From Tetramitus jugosus (taxonomy: Eukaryota; Protista; Heterolobosea), in assembly GCA_937625935.1 (NCBI GenBank), contig OW569370.1, positions 186,001 to 250,000 on the forward strand: DNA of 64,000 nucleotides. The letters run 5' to 3'. The notes under the pieces were generated by a model, which did no database searches, was not told where the DNA came from, and saw only the letters and a program-made list of their open reading frames with translations. A program made the position numbers and the translations under genes. Positions 31,487-44,904 of this stretch are shown one piece after another; the stretch's first letter is position 1, and every line of letters starts with the position of its first letter.

Positions 31487-33011
31487 ATGTCATCTAGACC
31501 AATTGGTCCAGTTTTGGCCGAAAATGAAATGCTCATTGGTGGAAGAATCCTCAAAGTGAAGAAAAAGGCTGCTTCTTCCTCATCGTCGTCCTCATCGAGC
31601 AGTGCCGCTGCTCAGAAGACGAAAAATTTGAAAAAACAGTTTCAAGATTTAGCAGAGGGACGGAAAGCTCTGCGACAAGGAAGACACTTGTGTGATTGTG
31701 ATGGAAATGATCATCGTGTGTTAACGAATTGTATTCATGTAAGTGCGTCTGTGATTTTTGTCAGTGTGTGTTTGATGGTGATGGCAGTCTTTTTAACATT
31801 TGAAAAAATCATAATTTTTTTTTTGTTAGTGTGGAAAAATTCATTGTGAACAAGAGGGTTATGGTCCGTGTCTCTCCTGTGGTATCGAAGTGACCAAACC
31901 GACCGATGTTTTGACAAAGAAACAGAGAGAAGAAATTGGATTGGTGGAGGCATTGAGACGCAGAGATCGATTATTGGAGTATGATCGACAATTTGCTCAG
32001 AGAACAACAGTGATTGATGATCAGATTGCAAGTTTGGTGTTTGGTGGATCAGAGAACAATTATTGGTTGACTGAGGAGGAGAGAGAAGAGTCAAAGAAGA
32101 AGGAGAAGCGAGTGAATGAAATTCTGGAGAAGCAAGAGAATCGATCCAATCGAACATTAAAGTACAGAATTGATTTTGCGGGCAGAAGAATCGTAGAAGA
32201 CGATTCACAAGTGATTAGTGAACAGGAGGAAATGAAGAACTTGATCCAGGATTTGAAGGTGAGTCAGACTGCTCCTTCATCATCCAAAGAATTGTCTCAA
32301 AAACAGAAAAAACAACAAGAGTTGGACGAGTATTTGAAGAATGTAAAGACAGTGATTGCATCGAGTATGGTTCACCCGAGTGTAGCCAACTCTGGCATGC
32401 TAAAGTTTGTTGATAAAAAACAAGCCGACGATGGCAAGAAGAAGGAAAAGCTGACCGAAGAGGAAAGAATGATGAAGATTAAGAAGGAACAACAAGCAAT
32501 GAAACGATCCATTGTTCAGGACGAGGTTTCAGTTGATACGGATGATCATAGCAATGATTTGGGATATTGTATGAGTATGCATCAACCTTGGGCATCGTTG
32601 CTCGTTCATGGAATCAAGCAACATGAAGGAAGGCAATGGAATCACCATCACAGAGGTCGTCTATGGATCGCTTCTACTGTTCAGGAGCCAACACAAGAAG
32701 AAATTGAAGAATTGGAACAATTCTACAAGGCAGAGCCACTCAACAGAACGGCAGACACAGGATACGAGTATCCACAGCATTATCCAACGGGTGTCATTCT
32801 GGGTTGTGTCGATGTGAAGGATATCGTTCCTCAGGAGGACTATTCCGACCGGTTCCCTAACGATTCCGAACAAGAGAGCGAAAGTGACTTTGTGTTCATT
32901 TGCAAGAATCCCAGAAGACTCGAAGTTCCATTCCCAATCTCAGGACAGCCCAAGATTTACAAGTTACCTCGCGGTGATCTCATGCGGTGTCAATCGGGTC
33001 TTCGGGAGTGA
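31487..33011 (+). CDS. TRIP4: Activating signal cointegrator 1 (C2HC5 zinc finger + ASCH); exons 31487-31738 and 31830-33011
   Basis: Removing the 91-nt intron (GTAAGT...TAG) restores CDC..H...NCIHCGKIHCEQEGYGPCLSCG; RTTVIDDQ; SMHQPWASLLVHGIKQHEGR. Confidence 0.92.
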
Positions 33012-33342
33012 CAAGTATCTGATCAGATTGTAAAGAAGATCTGTGTCCAGATGCCGCAATCTTTCATGACAACAGATCAATAAACCACTACTCTTCCGCA
33101 GTTTCTCTCCAACTTCGAACTCCCAAGTTTGACTGCGCGTGGAGTAACAGTTCTCCGAGCGGTGAAATTATCAAGTGTCGAAAATGAACCATTTTTTTCA
33201 TCTTCTGCAGTCAAAAGATTTTTATCGAAAACCAAAGAAGAAGCTTTCCAACACCACCCACCATCCACCACACAAAAACACATCTCCACAGTATTAACCA
33301 CCACATCCTCCCTCTCTATTCTTTTTCAAAATAATCATCAAC

Positions 33343-36300
33343 ATGTGGAGACTGACAAAACGTTTTCAACAACAACCACAACATGATAACAACAACAACA
33401 ACAATGATAATGAACAAGAATCAGAAGCAGAATCATATTCAGAGGATATCATCTCTCCTCTGACATCCACATCCACTGGTGCATCACATCATCATCATCA
33501 AAAACCAAGTATCATACCAGATGGTATCAACGAAGAAGAGGATGACGAGGAAAATTTCAATAATAATGAACAACGAAAGAATCATGATCAAGCTTCTGAG
33601 AATTCATTTATTGATTTGGACGATTTTGTTTTGGAGAATTTTGGTGTTGATTTGAAGGAGTATGATGATCATTTGATCATGGATCAACATGAACAAGAAG
33701 TATTGATGAATTCAAAGGAACAAATTTTTGTGTGTGAATTGACAAAGTTGTGGCATGATTTGTATCGTGCCATTTCGAAACAAGTATGTAGAGTGGAAAT
33801 GACACACGGTGTTTTTGTGTGTTGACCAAGATTTTTTTTTTCATGTTGCTTTTTTTTTGTTGAGAGATCACATATTCACACGAAATTTATTGATATTGTT
33901 AGGAAAAGCAATATTGTACGACAAAGTTTGTAGTTTGCTTGAATACTGCATTTGTGAATGGAATGGATATCAAAACACTGGTATCATTGAATGCGTTTGT
34001 ATCTTTATAGCTTTATCAATATTTGTTGTGATTCTCATTTTCATGTTGGTATTGACACATGTTGTGTGTTGTTTGTGTCACATTTTAAATGATTCATTGA
34101 TTCGTGTGAACCACAGTCACTTGAACGTGGGCAAAATGGTGAAAAAATTATCGTTCGAGTACATTGAAGAGTTTTGCGATGTGTTTGATATTGCCAACAG
34201 TCATCAATTGAGACATGAAAAACTGCGATTCAATTGTCGAACAAGAATCGACGGTCCAAGAGCAAAGGAATTTTTCTTTTTGGATGCCAGAACGAGCAAA
34301 GAGGCATCAACGACAACAGAAACGACTGCAGCATCATCGTTATCGATAGAACCGACGATTGATCCATGTAACAGTAGAGCAACGCTCATCTTGAAAGCTC
34401 TGTGTCTTTTAACAACGAGTTTGGATCCTAAAATACCAATTGTTTCCAATTTAGCGAGCTCAGTTATATTAACGATGCGATTCTTTGCGAAATGGGTTGG
34501 AATCGAACGAGAACAAGAGAGTGCAGATGATTCAGGCAATGATAATATAACGACAAATGATTCCCAAGAACGTACACGGATTGGTGACTATTCCATATTT
34601 AGTGGCGTTTGCGAACAGTTGGCCAATTATTTTGAAGTGGACCAGAATGAAGCGTACTTCAAAACGAATTATCGGAATGATGATGCCGTGGATTGTCATA
34701 CACTTAAACCCAAGGACAAAAATCCTTGTATTATTGCGGCATTGCTCTTAAAAAATATATGCCGTTCTCCTCTTGTTTTTACCGAGGTTTTCAATGAAAC
34801 AAATCAATGGAAACAAATTATAGCTTTATTTATTTCAATCAAGGAACAAGAGAACTTTGATTGGCGACTATATATTCAATTTGCTGATATCATGTTGGAA
34901 GCAGGTGCGATCATTTTTGAACAATCCTCAAACGTTATTGGCCAATTGCATGAAATTTCAATGGTACGAGTGACTAGTTTTATTTTGGGTCTCGTGAATC
35001 ATTCGTTGTCTCATTGTGAAACTTTGGACATTATAGATTCAGATACTCGGTTGAAGAGACTACACATGTGTCTCATACGGAGGTTGTCTCTCATGTATCT
35101 TACTGAATTATGTATATTTGGATTGTACAAATCATTGCATGTGATACCTGGACTGTTCATGGAGTTTGAACAGCAAGATGGGTACATTATCTTACAGAGA
35201 TTATTCGATAGTATCACATCTATTAATGTAACTTCGAGTTATGGGGAGGCAAACAACGCGATTCTCCAGTTCCAACAACAGAAAATGTTGGTTGTACTTC
35301 GTATCTTGGTTTGTCTCGTAATCGATTTCGTGAAGAATGTACAACAACGGCGATTTGTGACAGATTATTCGTTGGCGATTGGCTTATCTGCGCCATCGGT
35401 TCCATTGACGAACGCGAATCCCTTTTTAGAGGTGTCTCGAGATCCTCCAATTAAATGGAAGCACAACAATAAGGTATTGGTGATGCTACTAGCGCTCTTC
35501 AATCATATTGCAATGGAAGATAAATATGATTTGGAGGATAGATCTATTGAGTTTAGAGAGCGATTTTGTTGTAAACGAGAGCTCTTGGTGCAAATTGTTG
35601 AGCTACTACGGTTCTTCCCGTTGGAGTATGTGCGAGATCTCAACGATTCCGCGCCTTTTAAGTACCTGTGTGACAATTTCACATCAGTCAACTATCACAT
35701 GCAAATCTCAATCCTGGCAGCATTCAAGAAGTATATGACCTTGTTTTGTAGGTATGTTGTTGCCAATGGAGAAAACACCAAAGGAAGACAGGAGCGAAAG
35801 AAGTTGGACAATATTTTTTCTTCATTAAAGTGGGGAAACAAGAAGGCTGCCAGTAAGAAGAAACTCGAAGATGACTTACTGGTTCAAGCTCTGTGTCGTG
35901 ATTTTCACGAGTATTGTCGTATATTCTCATTCCATCAGAAGAGTCCGTTGGCAATATCACGGGTGTGTTCTCATGCTATTGACTTGCTGTCTACTGTTAA
36001 TAGAACTAGCTGTCTTTCTCGGGATGTTGTCCAGTACATGTTCCGGTTATCAGGTCTTCCACATATATTACTTGAGAGCCTCAATATTGACAGCGAGATT
36101 AGAAACAGGCAACTATCTGCTGAAATGTTGAACTTGCTTTACTCTTATTTGTACCAGAATGAGGAGAATCATAGAGATTTTATTGAAGCCGGTGGTTTGT
36201 TCAAATTTGCAACAGATACCGGTATTGTTCCCATCAAGCCGTTGGAGATTCTCTATTCTTTGCTATATGACGCACAATTGATTGAAATGACATTGACCAT

Positions 36301-39300
36301 TCTCTATCACATTGTTGTGGTTGATACTGACCAAAAATGGAGTTTTATCATTGCAGATATGGTGAGTGTATTGGGCAATCGTGAAGAGAATTGCCAGAAG
36401 TACCGTGGACAATTTACGCTTCGCATGTGTAATCTCATATTATCGACAATAAGGCGGATGTTGGTGGACAACCCTAGTACAAAGGATTCATTCCGAGCTT
36501 GCGGAGGATTTGAATGTATGATTAATTTGTTGTGCTACATGAGTACGTTAAGCGACGACTATGAGATGATTTTTGAAGCAGTTCAATTAATCATATTTGT
36601 GGTTACTTTTGGAATGGAGAATAATTATTGTAATCAGCAATATTTCAATAATTCTATTTCATTCTCCTCATTCCTCGATCCTTTGCATAAGTTAAAGTTT
36701 ATCCAGAGTAGTGTGCATGGATTATGTTTATCGATGAACTTGCTGCAACTTTCGTTGATGAAAACCGATCTACTAGCATGCGAGTCATTCAATAACTCTG
36801 AATCAGTGAATCGCTTTTCAACAATCATTAATACCACGAGTTTGCTTTATTATAATCCAGAGGTTATCACTGAGGTGTTACTCAAGCTATTTGCACGAAA
36901 TCTTGAGTCAATTGACTCGCGATTATCCATGTTCTTCTTCAGTAGCTTATTGAGGTTGAATAGTCAGTTCTCAGGCAATTGTCATAAATTGTGCAAAACA
37001 GGTGCTGTGTCTGTGATTTTGACCGAGTTCCCTTCGGTTCTGATGAATCAAACACATTATCTGCAGGCAACCATATTGGAACACTTCATCCTCTTGGCGA
37101 ATCACAACTTTTCAGTTCAGGAGATACAACAATTTTTTTATCTGATTCATCCAAACGACTATTCAGATATATTCCCAGATAATGTATTGGAGGCGTTTAT
37201 GCATCTTTCAATGGATAGCTTCAGTCCCAGTCACTATATCAATTTCCCAAGTCTTCCCAACAAGAATCCTTATTCAGTCTCAGATTTAGCAAGTCTGTCT
37301 AAGAAATCTACTGCACCTATTGTGAGGGAATCTGCTGTACTATTACCTCAGATAGCCTATTCTCCATGGCCTCCTGCAAGAGGATACACGATATCGTGCT
37401 GGTTTAATGTTGAAAAGATTTTAGCTGGTGAGCTCTGTTTGTTCAGTCTTTCTTCTCGTTACAGAGAAATGCTCATTGATGGTGTAATCGATTCAGACAA
37501 GCACTTTGCCATCAAGTTGTTTGCAGAGTTAAATTCTGAAGAAGAAACAAGCGATCAACCAACGACGAGGAGGGTCAAATGTCTGCACACAAGACGGTTC
37601 GAAAAATTCAAATTCAAGAAACACAAGTGGTATTTAATAAGTTTGACTCATACTCAATCTGTGCAAAAGGAGAAGATCAAGGAATCTTTCATTTTATATG
37701 TGAATGGCTTGAAGGTGGATTCAGCAGTGCTGGAACATGTTGATAGTTCCTATCTACGATTTTTCAAGTCTGTATTTGGAATGTCCGGCTCTGTGTTGCA
37801 GAATGTAGCTCTAGGCTTATCTGTTGAAGATCTGAGAAATAATACTGATTCAAGGGGCAAGGTGCGAGGATCTCGAAGAATTGTTTCACTCCTTGGCACA
37901 CCAACAAAGCGCAAGGGAGATCAGCAAATCACACTTGGTGAGAGCCCTTCTTTCCAAATAGGAAACACATTTATGTTCGAGGGTACTCTCACTGATTCAG
38001 AAGTTTACATGATATACTTCCTAGGTCCAAATTATGTTGGAACGTTCGACGAAGATATTTCACAGTACTATCCGAACGAAATTATCAACGATGGAAGTGT
38101 CAATGTTTTCCCACAGGACATCTATTACATGCGAGAATGTTCAAACAATTTTGGGCTTTCTCAATTATCAGAGCGTATTTTGTTTGTTTTCTCGGCTAGA
38201 GATGCTACATTCGCAACTAGAACAGTTGTTCCAAGATCTAAGGACAAGGTTGCTAGTCCCTCTGGCTCCGTTGATACAAAGGATGACATTGAAACCGAAA
38301 CTGAAGATGATCAGAATCAAATCATAAATGAGAATCTAGAGTCGTATTTACCTGACGACAACGCTGAAGCGCTCAAAGTGACAAAATCCGTGCTCGAGTT
38401 TGTGCCAATGAAAGCAATGATGACCGGCAGTGCAGAAGTGATTTCAAGATTTACTTTTAAGACTAATCTCTATGCTATTGGCGGAATGGAGCCAATTCTT
38501 GGATTACTCACTCGTTTGGACGATCTTTATGCCGAATGTTATTCAGCACATGTTGACAAACGCCAAAAGCACAAGGTTATTCTTCTGCAAGTTTTGGCTC
38601 ATCTTGTCAGATATGATGCTTGCAATACCTCGGATATGATTAACATTGAAGGCTATGACCTGATCAACCATTTACTACTCAAGAAGAAATTCTTGGTTGA
38701 CGATTCAGTTTTGTGCTCCTTGTTGGCCATTTGTGGCTTGAACATTACCCCAACTCAGATCGCTGATCTAACTGTGGACCCTATAGATACTGATGACAAC
38801 CAAAAGAGATTTATGAAGTTGAAGAGACTTTGTAGACAAGGAGTTGTTTCTAATAGCGTAGCGTTTGAACGACTGCTGTTGGATCATCGTATTTGGGCCA
38901 ATGCGCCAATCGAAACACAAAAAAATATGATGGATATGTTATCGATGCTGGTGTCATACGAACATCCTAATGCCGGTCATCATATCAATCTGTTTATCTC
39001 AGTGGGAGTCATGAAGAGATTCCTATTCACGTTGTCTCAAGCATTTGTTCTCAAGAAGCCCTGGCCAAAACCATTGACCAAACCTTTGGTGAACATTTTC
39101 CGATTCGTGATGCCGTCACCATTGTCTGTCACACATCTCTTCCCTATATGTCAATATTTAATATTAACACACCCTGAAAGAGGCATCAGTGTGAATGCAC
39201 CGAACCATAACCAACAAGAGTTTGATGATTCAAGAAATGCTCTATTCCAACTCTTCTATTCTCTCATGAGAGAAGGATCTGAGGATGTTCTGGAAGATCT

Positions 39301-42300
39301 ACATGCCTTTTTACCAATTGGTGAAGTTATTGCGTTGTTAGATAACAGGTCTGACATTACGAGATCTCATTTGTTGAATATTTTAGGTGTGTATATAACC
39401 AGAAGAGCAAATCTCAGAGAACACTTCAAACGAATTAATGGCGTATCTCTTTTGACGCAACAATTATTGAAGTTGTCTCCCTCATTGGTTGAATTTCAAA
39501 TTCTCTTCGATTTGCTACTTGGTAACTTTTACAATTCGGAAAGAGCAGGTCGAGAAAGAATTAATTCAACTGAGACCCCGTTGACTCCAATGAAGTTTAT
39601 CGAGGAAGTTGTACCATTTGCTTCTCCATCCCTAATCGAGCCAGTTAAAAGAACAAAGTCCGTGGAGAGCTTTGATAATATTCAGCTTGACGATAAAATA
39701 GAGTATGAGAACGAACATAAGCGATCTAAACCAAAGAATATTCAGAAGAAGAAACTTGTGTTTGATGTCAATGAGCAAGAGCAACAACAATCGTCACAGA
39801 GTCCTTCTCCTAACAGCGAATCGTTTAAGTCTTCTCTGCGAAAGCGAGCCATGTCGACACTAGCATCGTCATCCAAGGAATCGACTGCTACGGGAAGTCT
39901 CTATTTTCATCCGTCACTGGCGTTTAGCTCTCCTGATCTCAACCAATCATCTGGGAAGCGCAAATCACTGATACCGTCTCTGGATCTAGAGGGCAAGGTA
40001 GTCAATACCTCAAATGTTGGCCCAACGAAGAAATCAAGAGCATACCCAAGCAGAAAGGAGATCTATGTATCTGCTGTTGACAGACTCAAGTTCCCCGACT
40101 TTTTATATGCAATTTTCAAACTATTGCCGGCAGTTACGAACCTTTCTGAGAGACTCAATGTCCTGCGCTCTCTCATGATGCTTTTTAATGAGGGAAGCAA
40201 TGCTCTCAGAAAACAATTTATCGAGACAAATGCTCACAGCTTCTTGTCATCCTTCCTTGCCAAGAAAGTTGTGGACAATAACTCGACATTTATGGATAAC
40301 GTGCTGGATTTTTTAGTATCGTACATGACTCATGCGTTCTTTGATGCTGGTCATGGTCGAGACGGTGTTGATATTTTGCATGAAGTTCTACAGTCGGTAG
40401 CCTTGCTCGAGACCAATTATTCTGTCTGGTTCGTTCACAGTATTCAGCGCTCTATTCTGCATGGTATACTGAAGAATTATCAAGCTCTTCATCTTTTTGC
40501 ATTCTTGGATTCAAATCAGAAGGATCGAAAGAAGTTTAATCAAGAGAAGAAGCACAGAGAATGGATGGATACTCAATTTGCAAGATTTATCTCATGTGTA
40601 ACAGAGTATGTGACACATTGGGTTGACCTTCCACCAAGTATTCCTCATATCGCAGATGCAAACTTGCCATTTGAGGAGGTCAAAACTGCAGATAGAAATT
40701 GGACCATTGCTCCAACACCATATAGCCCTATATACAGACGCAATGAGGAAATTACGAGTAAGCCCGTAGAGCTGATTGATGATTATATTAGCCAAAGTGG
40801 TATCGAGAAACAAAAGACTGTGATTATACCAAGTGCCTTGTCAAGTGATGCCGAATCGCATAAGAAACAACTACTGACCGCATCATTCTGGTACGAATTC
40901 GAACACAGAATTCTTGGAAAACATGACAATTTGCCACAGAAAATGTTTTTATATTCCTATGACGACATTTCGGGTTTTGTATATTGGTTGATTGACTCAA
41001 TAAGAGTGTGTATCAAGAATCGAATGCAAAAGAAGGGTGCAAATGGAGATAACATATCTCAATATCCTGCCACTGATCTCCTACTGGTAGATCAAGTGAA
41101 AAAGTTGATAGTGTATTTGACTGAAGAAAAACGATCAATTGAGGACAATATTTTCATTCTGCTCAGTGTGCTGTACTTCTTCCCCTTGGGTTCATCCGCG
41201 ACCATCAAGAATATTTTGAATGGCCAGGTGCCAACCAATTCGGAATCTTTCAGTGACATGATCCAAACAGGAAAAATCATTACAGAGTGCTCTGCTGAAA
41301 CTCAATTTATCACTCGTCTACTGTATAACACTTCAAAGCTATACTCAAAGGACAATTCTCTGTTGATACAGTTGAATCAAAAGGTCTGGAATATCATTAT
41401 GCAAACAAGAAGAGGATATCTTAAGCACATCTTCCGAACAGATAAGCTAGATCCAATGCATCCTGACTTCTCTTCCATCATCCAGGAAATTACATCGTGT
41501 ATCGCTCAAAAGCAGTTCGATCAGATCATTCTGCAACCAACAGTGACCTTCCAAGTGAAGGAATGGGAGAGTCGAGAATTGGCACAATTCTTCGAGCAGA
41601 CCAACAAGAGAACTCATAAAGTACTGGACGAAGACAAGAAAGAAAAGAGCAGCAACATGGCAGATATTAAGGTGCTTCAGAATGAAACAATTATATTGGA
41701 GGTGTTCCAACTGAAATTCTTAAAACCAACTTTCATGAAGATTAGGAAACTGGTAGATCGAGATATGGTTGCGATGAAACGTTGGAAGAAGATTATCAAG
41801 AGACTATCTGATGAAAGAAGTGTATTGAACATATATTTCCAGACCAAGAACAACACACTTACTTCCAAGACGTTATCAGCAATTACTTCTGTCCAAGACT
41901 ACTTGAGTCAGAATAATGACTATCACAAGTTACCGTTCCGTCCGTACGATGAATATTCATTTGATTTATCATTCTGGAAGTTGGATCCAACAGCTGGTCC
42001 AAACAGAATTCGTATGAGACTCAAGAGGCATGCAAAGCATGAAGTATTTGAACAGGGCATTGTGACTGATGAAGTATTGTTCAACATTGTCTCACCGCAG
42101 TCTGATAAGACTGATGAGTACCAACCACTGAATTCCCGTTCGGAAGAATCAATTAAAACTGAAGAAGGGTTGATTGAAAAGATGCAAGAGCAGGAGGAAA
42201 TGAACACTCAACTCGCAGATCCATCCATTGAAACATTACATCATCCGGGTACTTCAGAACGATTGCTCATCGAACCAAAAATTTGTACCAGAATTACACC

Positions 42301-44791
42301 ACTTCGGAAGTGTGAAGGTGAGCTGCTATTGGCTGAGAATAACATCTATTTTATCGGTAAGCAAACAAGAAATCATGGACCTGCTCGTTTTGGCAATATT
42401 TTCGAGAATCACCCAAAGATGATATCTCAAAATCGTCAATACTGCTTCCCCTATGAACTCATCAAGGAAATTCACAAGCGACGATATTTGTTGAGAAACA
42501 GTGCAATGGAAATATTTTTGACGAATGGTAAGAGCTTGTTCTTGGCTTTTGATGTCATCAGTGATAGAGACGATGTGTACTCGTTGCTCATGACTCCATC
42601 CAAGGTGAAGTTGAACAATTTAAGCTTGCCTAATCTTGTGAATTATGAACAAGAAGTCAATGGTAAATTCATTCTCCAGAAAAGCATTACTCAAAAATGG
42701 CAAGAAGGATTGATATCGAACTTTGAGTATCTCATGCATTTGAACACGCTTGCTGGGCGATCTTTCAATGACCTTACCCAATATCCAGTGTTTCCATATA
42801 TTATCAGCGATTACGAAAGTACCGAACTGGATCTAACAAATCCTAATACTTTCCGTGATCTGTCTAAACCGATGGGAGCCCTGTCTGATTCGCGTTTACA
42901 AAAGGCCATTGCTCAATATGAAGCATTTAGTGATGAAGATGATCTTCCATACCATTGGGGTTCTCACTACTCAACGCCAGTCTCCGTGTTGTACTATTTG
43001 GTAAGATTAGAACCTTTTAGCCGCTGTTTCTGGGAGTTGAACGGTCAAAGACTGGATGTTGCTGATCGAACCTTCCACTCAATTAAGAATTCTTGGCAGC
43101 TATCATCTGGTAGTTCAAAGTCTGACGTGAAGGAATTAATTCCTGAGTTCTTCTTCTTACCAGAGTTTCTACAGAACAGAAATCGGGTTGACTTTGGTGT
43201 AATGCAAGACTATTCACAATCAGACGATGTCGAATTACCACCATGGGCCAAGAACAATGCAATTTTATTCGTAAGAAAGCAGCGTGAGGCACTTGAATCT
43301 GAATACGTCTCTGCTAATTTGCACAAGTGGATAGATTTAATATTTGGATACAAGCAAAGAGGAGAAGAGTCCATTGCGGCACACAACGTGTTCCATCACA
43401 TGACTTATGAAGGTTGTGCAGAAGAAGTGGAGCAGATTGATGATCCAGATTTGCGGGAGGCAAGATGGACTCAAATCTACAACTTTGGTCAAACACCAAA
43501 ACAATTATTCAAGAGACCTCATCCTGAAAGATATCACAGATTTAAACTATTAACACCAAACACCCCAAGAACCGATGCATCTCTAAGAGGAATCCTAGCT
43601 GGAATGTCTGGTGTTTCATCGCCAGAAAGTGCTGCAACCCTGCTATTTAGTGAACCATTTAACCCTAAATCTCCACGGACACCACGCTCTGTGAAATCTG
43701 ATGCCACCACTGCAACAGATGTGTTTACTGATGATGAACGGCTAAAGAGAGCGGAAGCACTTGATTTGAACTCACCACATATTAACAAAATCTACCACTC
43801 TCCGCAGTGTCTGACTCCAAGCAATGTGAGATTCTTCAAAGAAACTGTCGGTGATCTGTATATAGTGGATGATATTACCTCGTATTCTACAAATTCTGTA
43901 GCTGCGATTGGCAAGAACAAGCTCTTCATTCCTCAGTTGGGACAGGAGAGAAAGAAATCGCCCGTCTATCTCAGCTACCAACATTGGGACCAAACCCTGC
44001 GCATATGCAAGTGGGACACTGAGAGAACATTGCACTCCTTTAACTTTATGGTACAACCTGAATCGTATCTCTGCGGAAAGTTTTCGCACGATGGCAAAAC
44101 ATTGGCCTTTGGTACGGACACTTGTGTCATCCACGTCTTCAAAATCAATTCTCAGTTTCGGTTGTTCAAGAAGCGTAACAACAAGTCAAATGTCCGAAAG
44201 AAGAAGAACTTATTCGATTCTTCAGGTTCAGAGACAACTTCTAGATATATTGACCACGTGGCAACTCTTCCAGGTCACTCGAAACGTGTTCTCTCTGTGT
44301 ACGTGTCCTCTGAGTTCAGTATGATTATTAGTGGCTCCGATGATCACTCGATGATGATATGGGACTTGAATCGATTGTCATTCATCCGATCCATCAAACA
44401 TGGCGGACCAGTCCATTGTATTTCCATGAATAAGGCGAATGGAGACATTGCTAGCACATGTACCAATGAAGCAGATGGAAGACACTGCCTCTATTTGTGG
44501 TCGGTGAACGGAGATCTCATTCATGCTAGGTACTTGAAGCAATCCATCTCCTGCCTCGCATTCTCCAGTGTCGAAGAAGGTATTCACGGGAATGTGATCG
44601 TTGCTGGTCTGACCAATGGAACTATTGTTGTCATGGATGCTCTGGACCTCAAGTTTTTCACACGACTCAAGATTGCAGACTATTCCACCCGCATCACCTC
44701 TATTATGATCAATCCATCCATGACTGAGATCATCACAGGTGACGAAAAGGGTGTCGTTGTCACATGGAACGTTGTTCTCAAGAGAAAATAA
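33343..44791 (+). CDS. BEACH-domain protein (LYST/LvsB-like); exons 33343-33783, 33903-33994, 34117-44791
   Basis: Introns 33784-33902 and 33995-34116 keep frame. ConA-like WPP-RGYTISCWF; PH RRYLLRNSAMEIF; BEACH SNFEYLMHLNTLAGRSFNDLTQYPVFP, KELIPEFF, WIDLIFGYKQRG; C-terminal WD40. Confidence 0.92.
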
Positions 44792-44904
44792 AAACCTAGT
44801 TTCAAACTGAACCACGTGCAACAATGGTTGGTTTCCTTCCGTTCTTTCGTAAGTTCAGAATTCCCCGCTACTGTCTTCAATCAAAAATTCCCAGCAAAAC
44901 AACA

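Noticed and set aside
33809-34116. Hydrophobic N-terminus of the 3660-aa ORF suggesting a membrane-anchored BEACH protein
   Set aside because: It is translated T-rich intron sequence; a frame-consistent three-exon model removes it.
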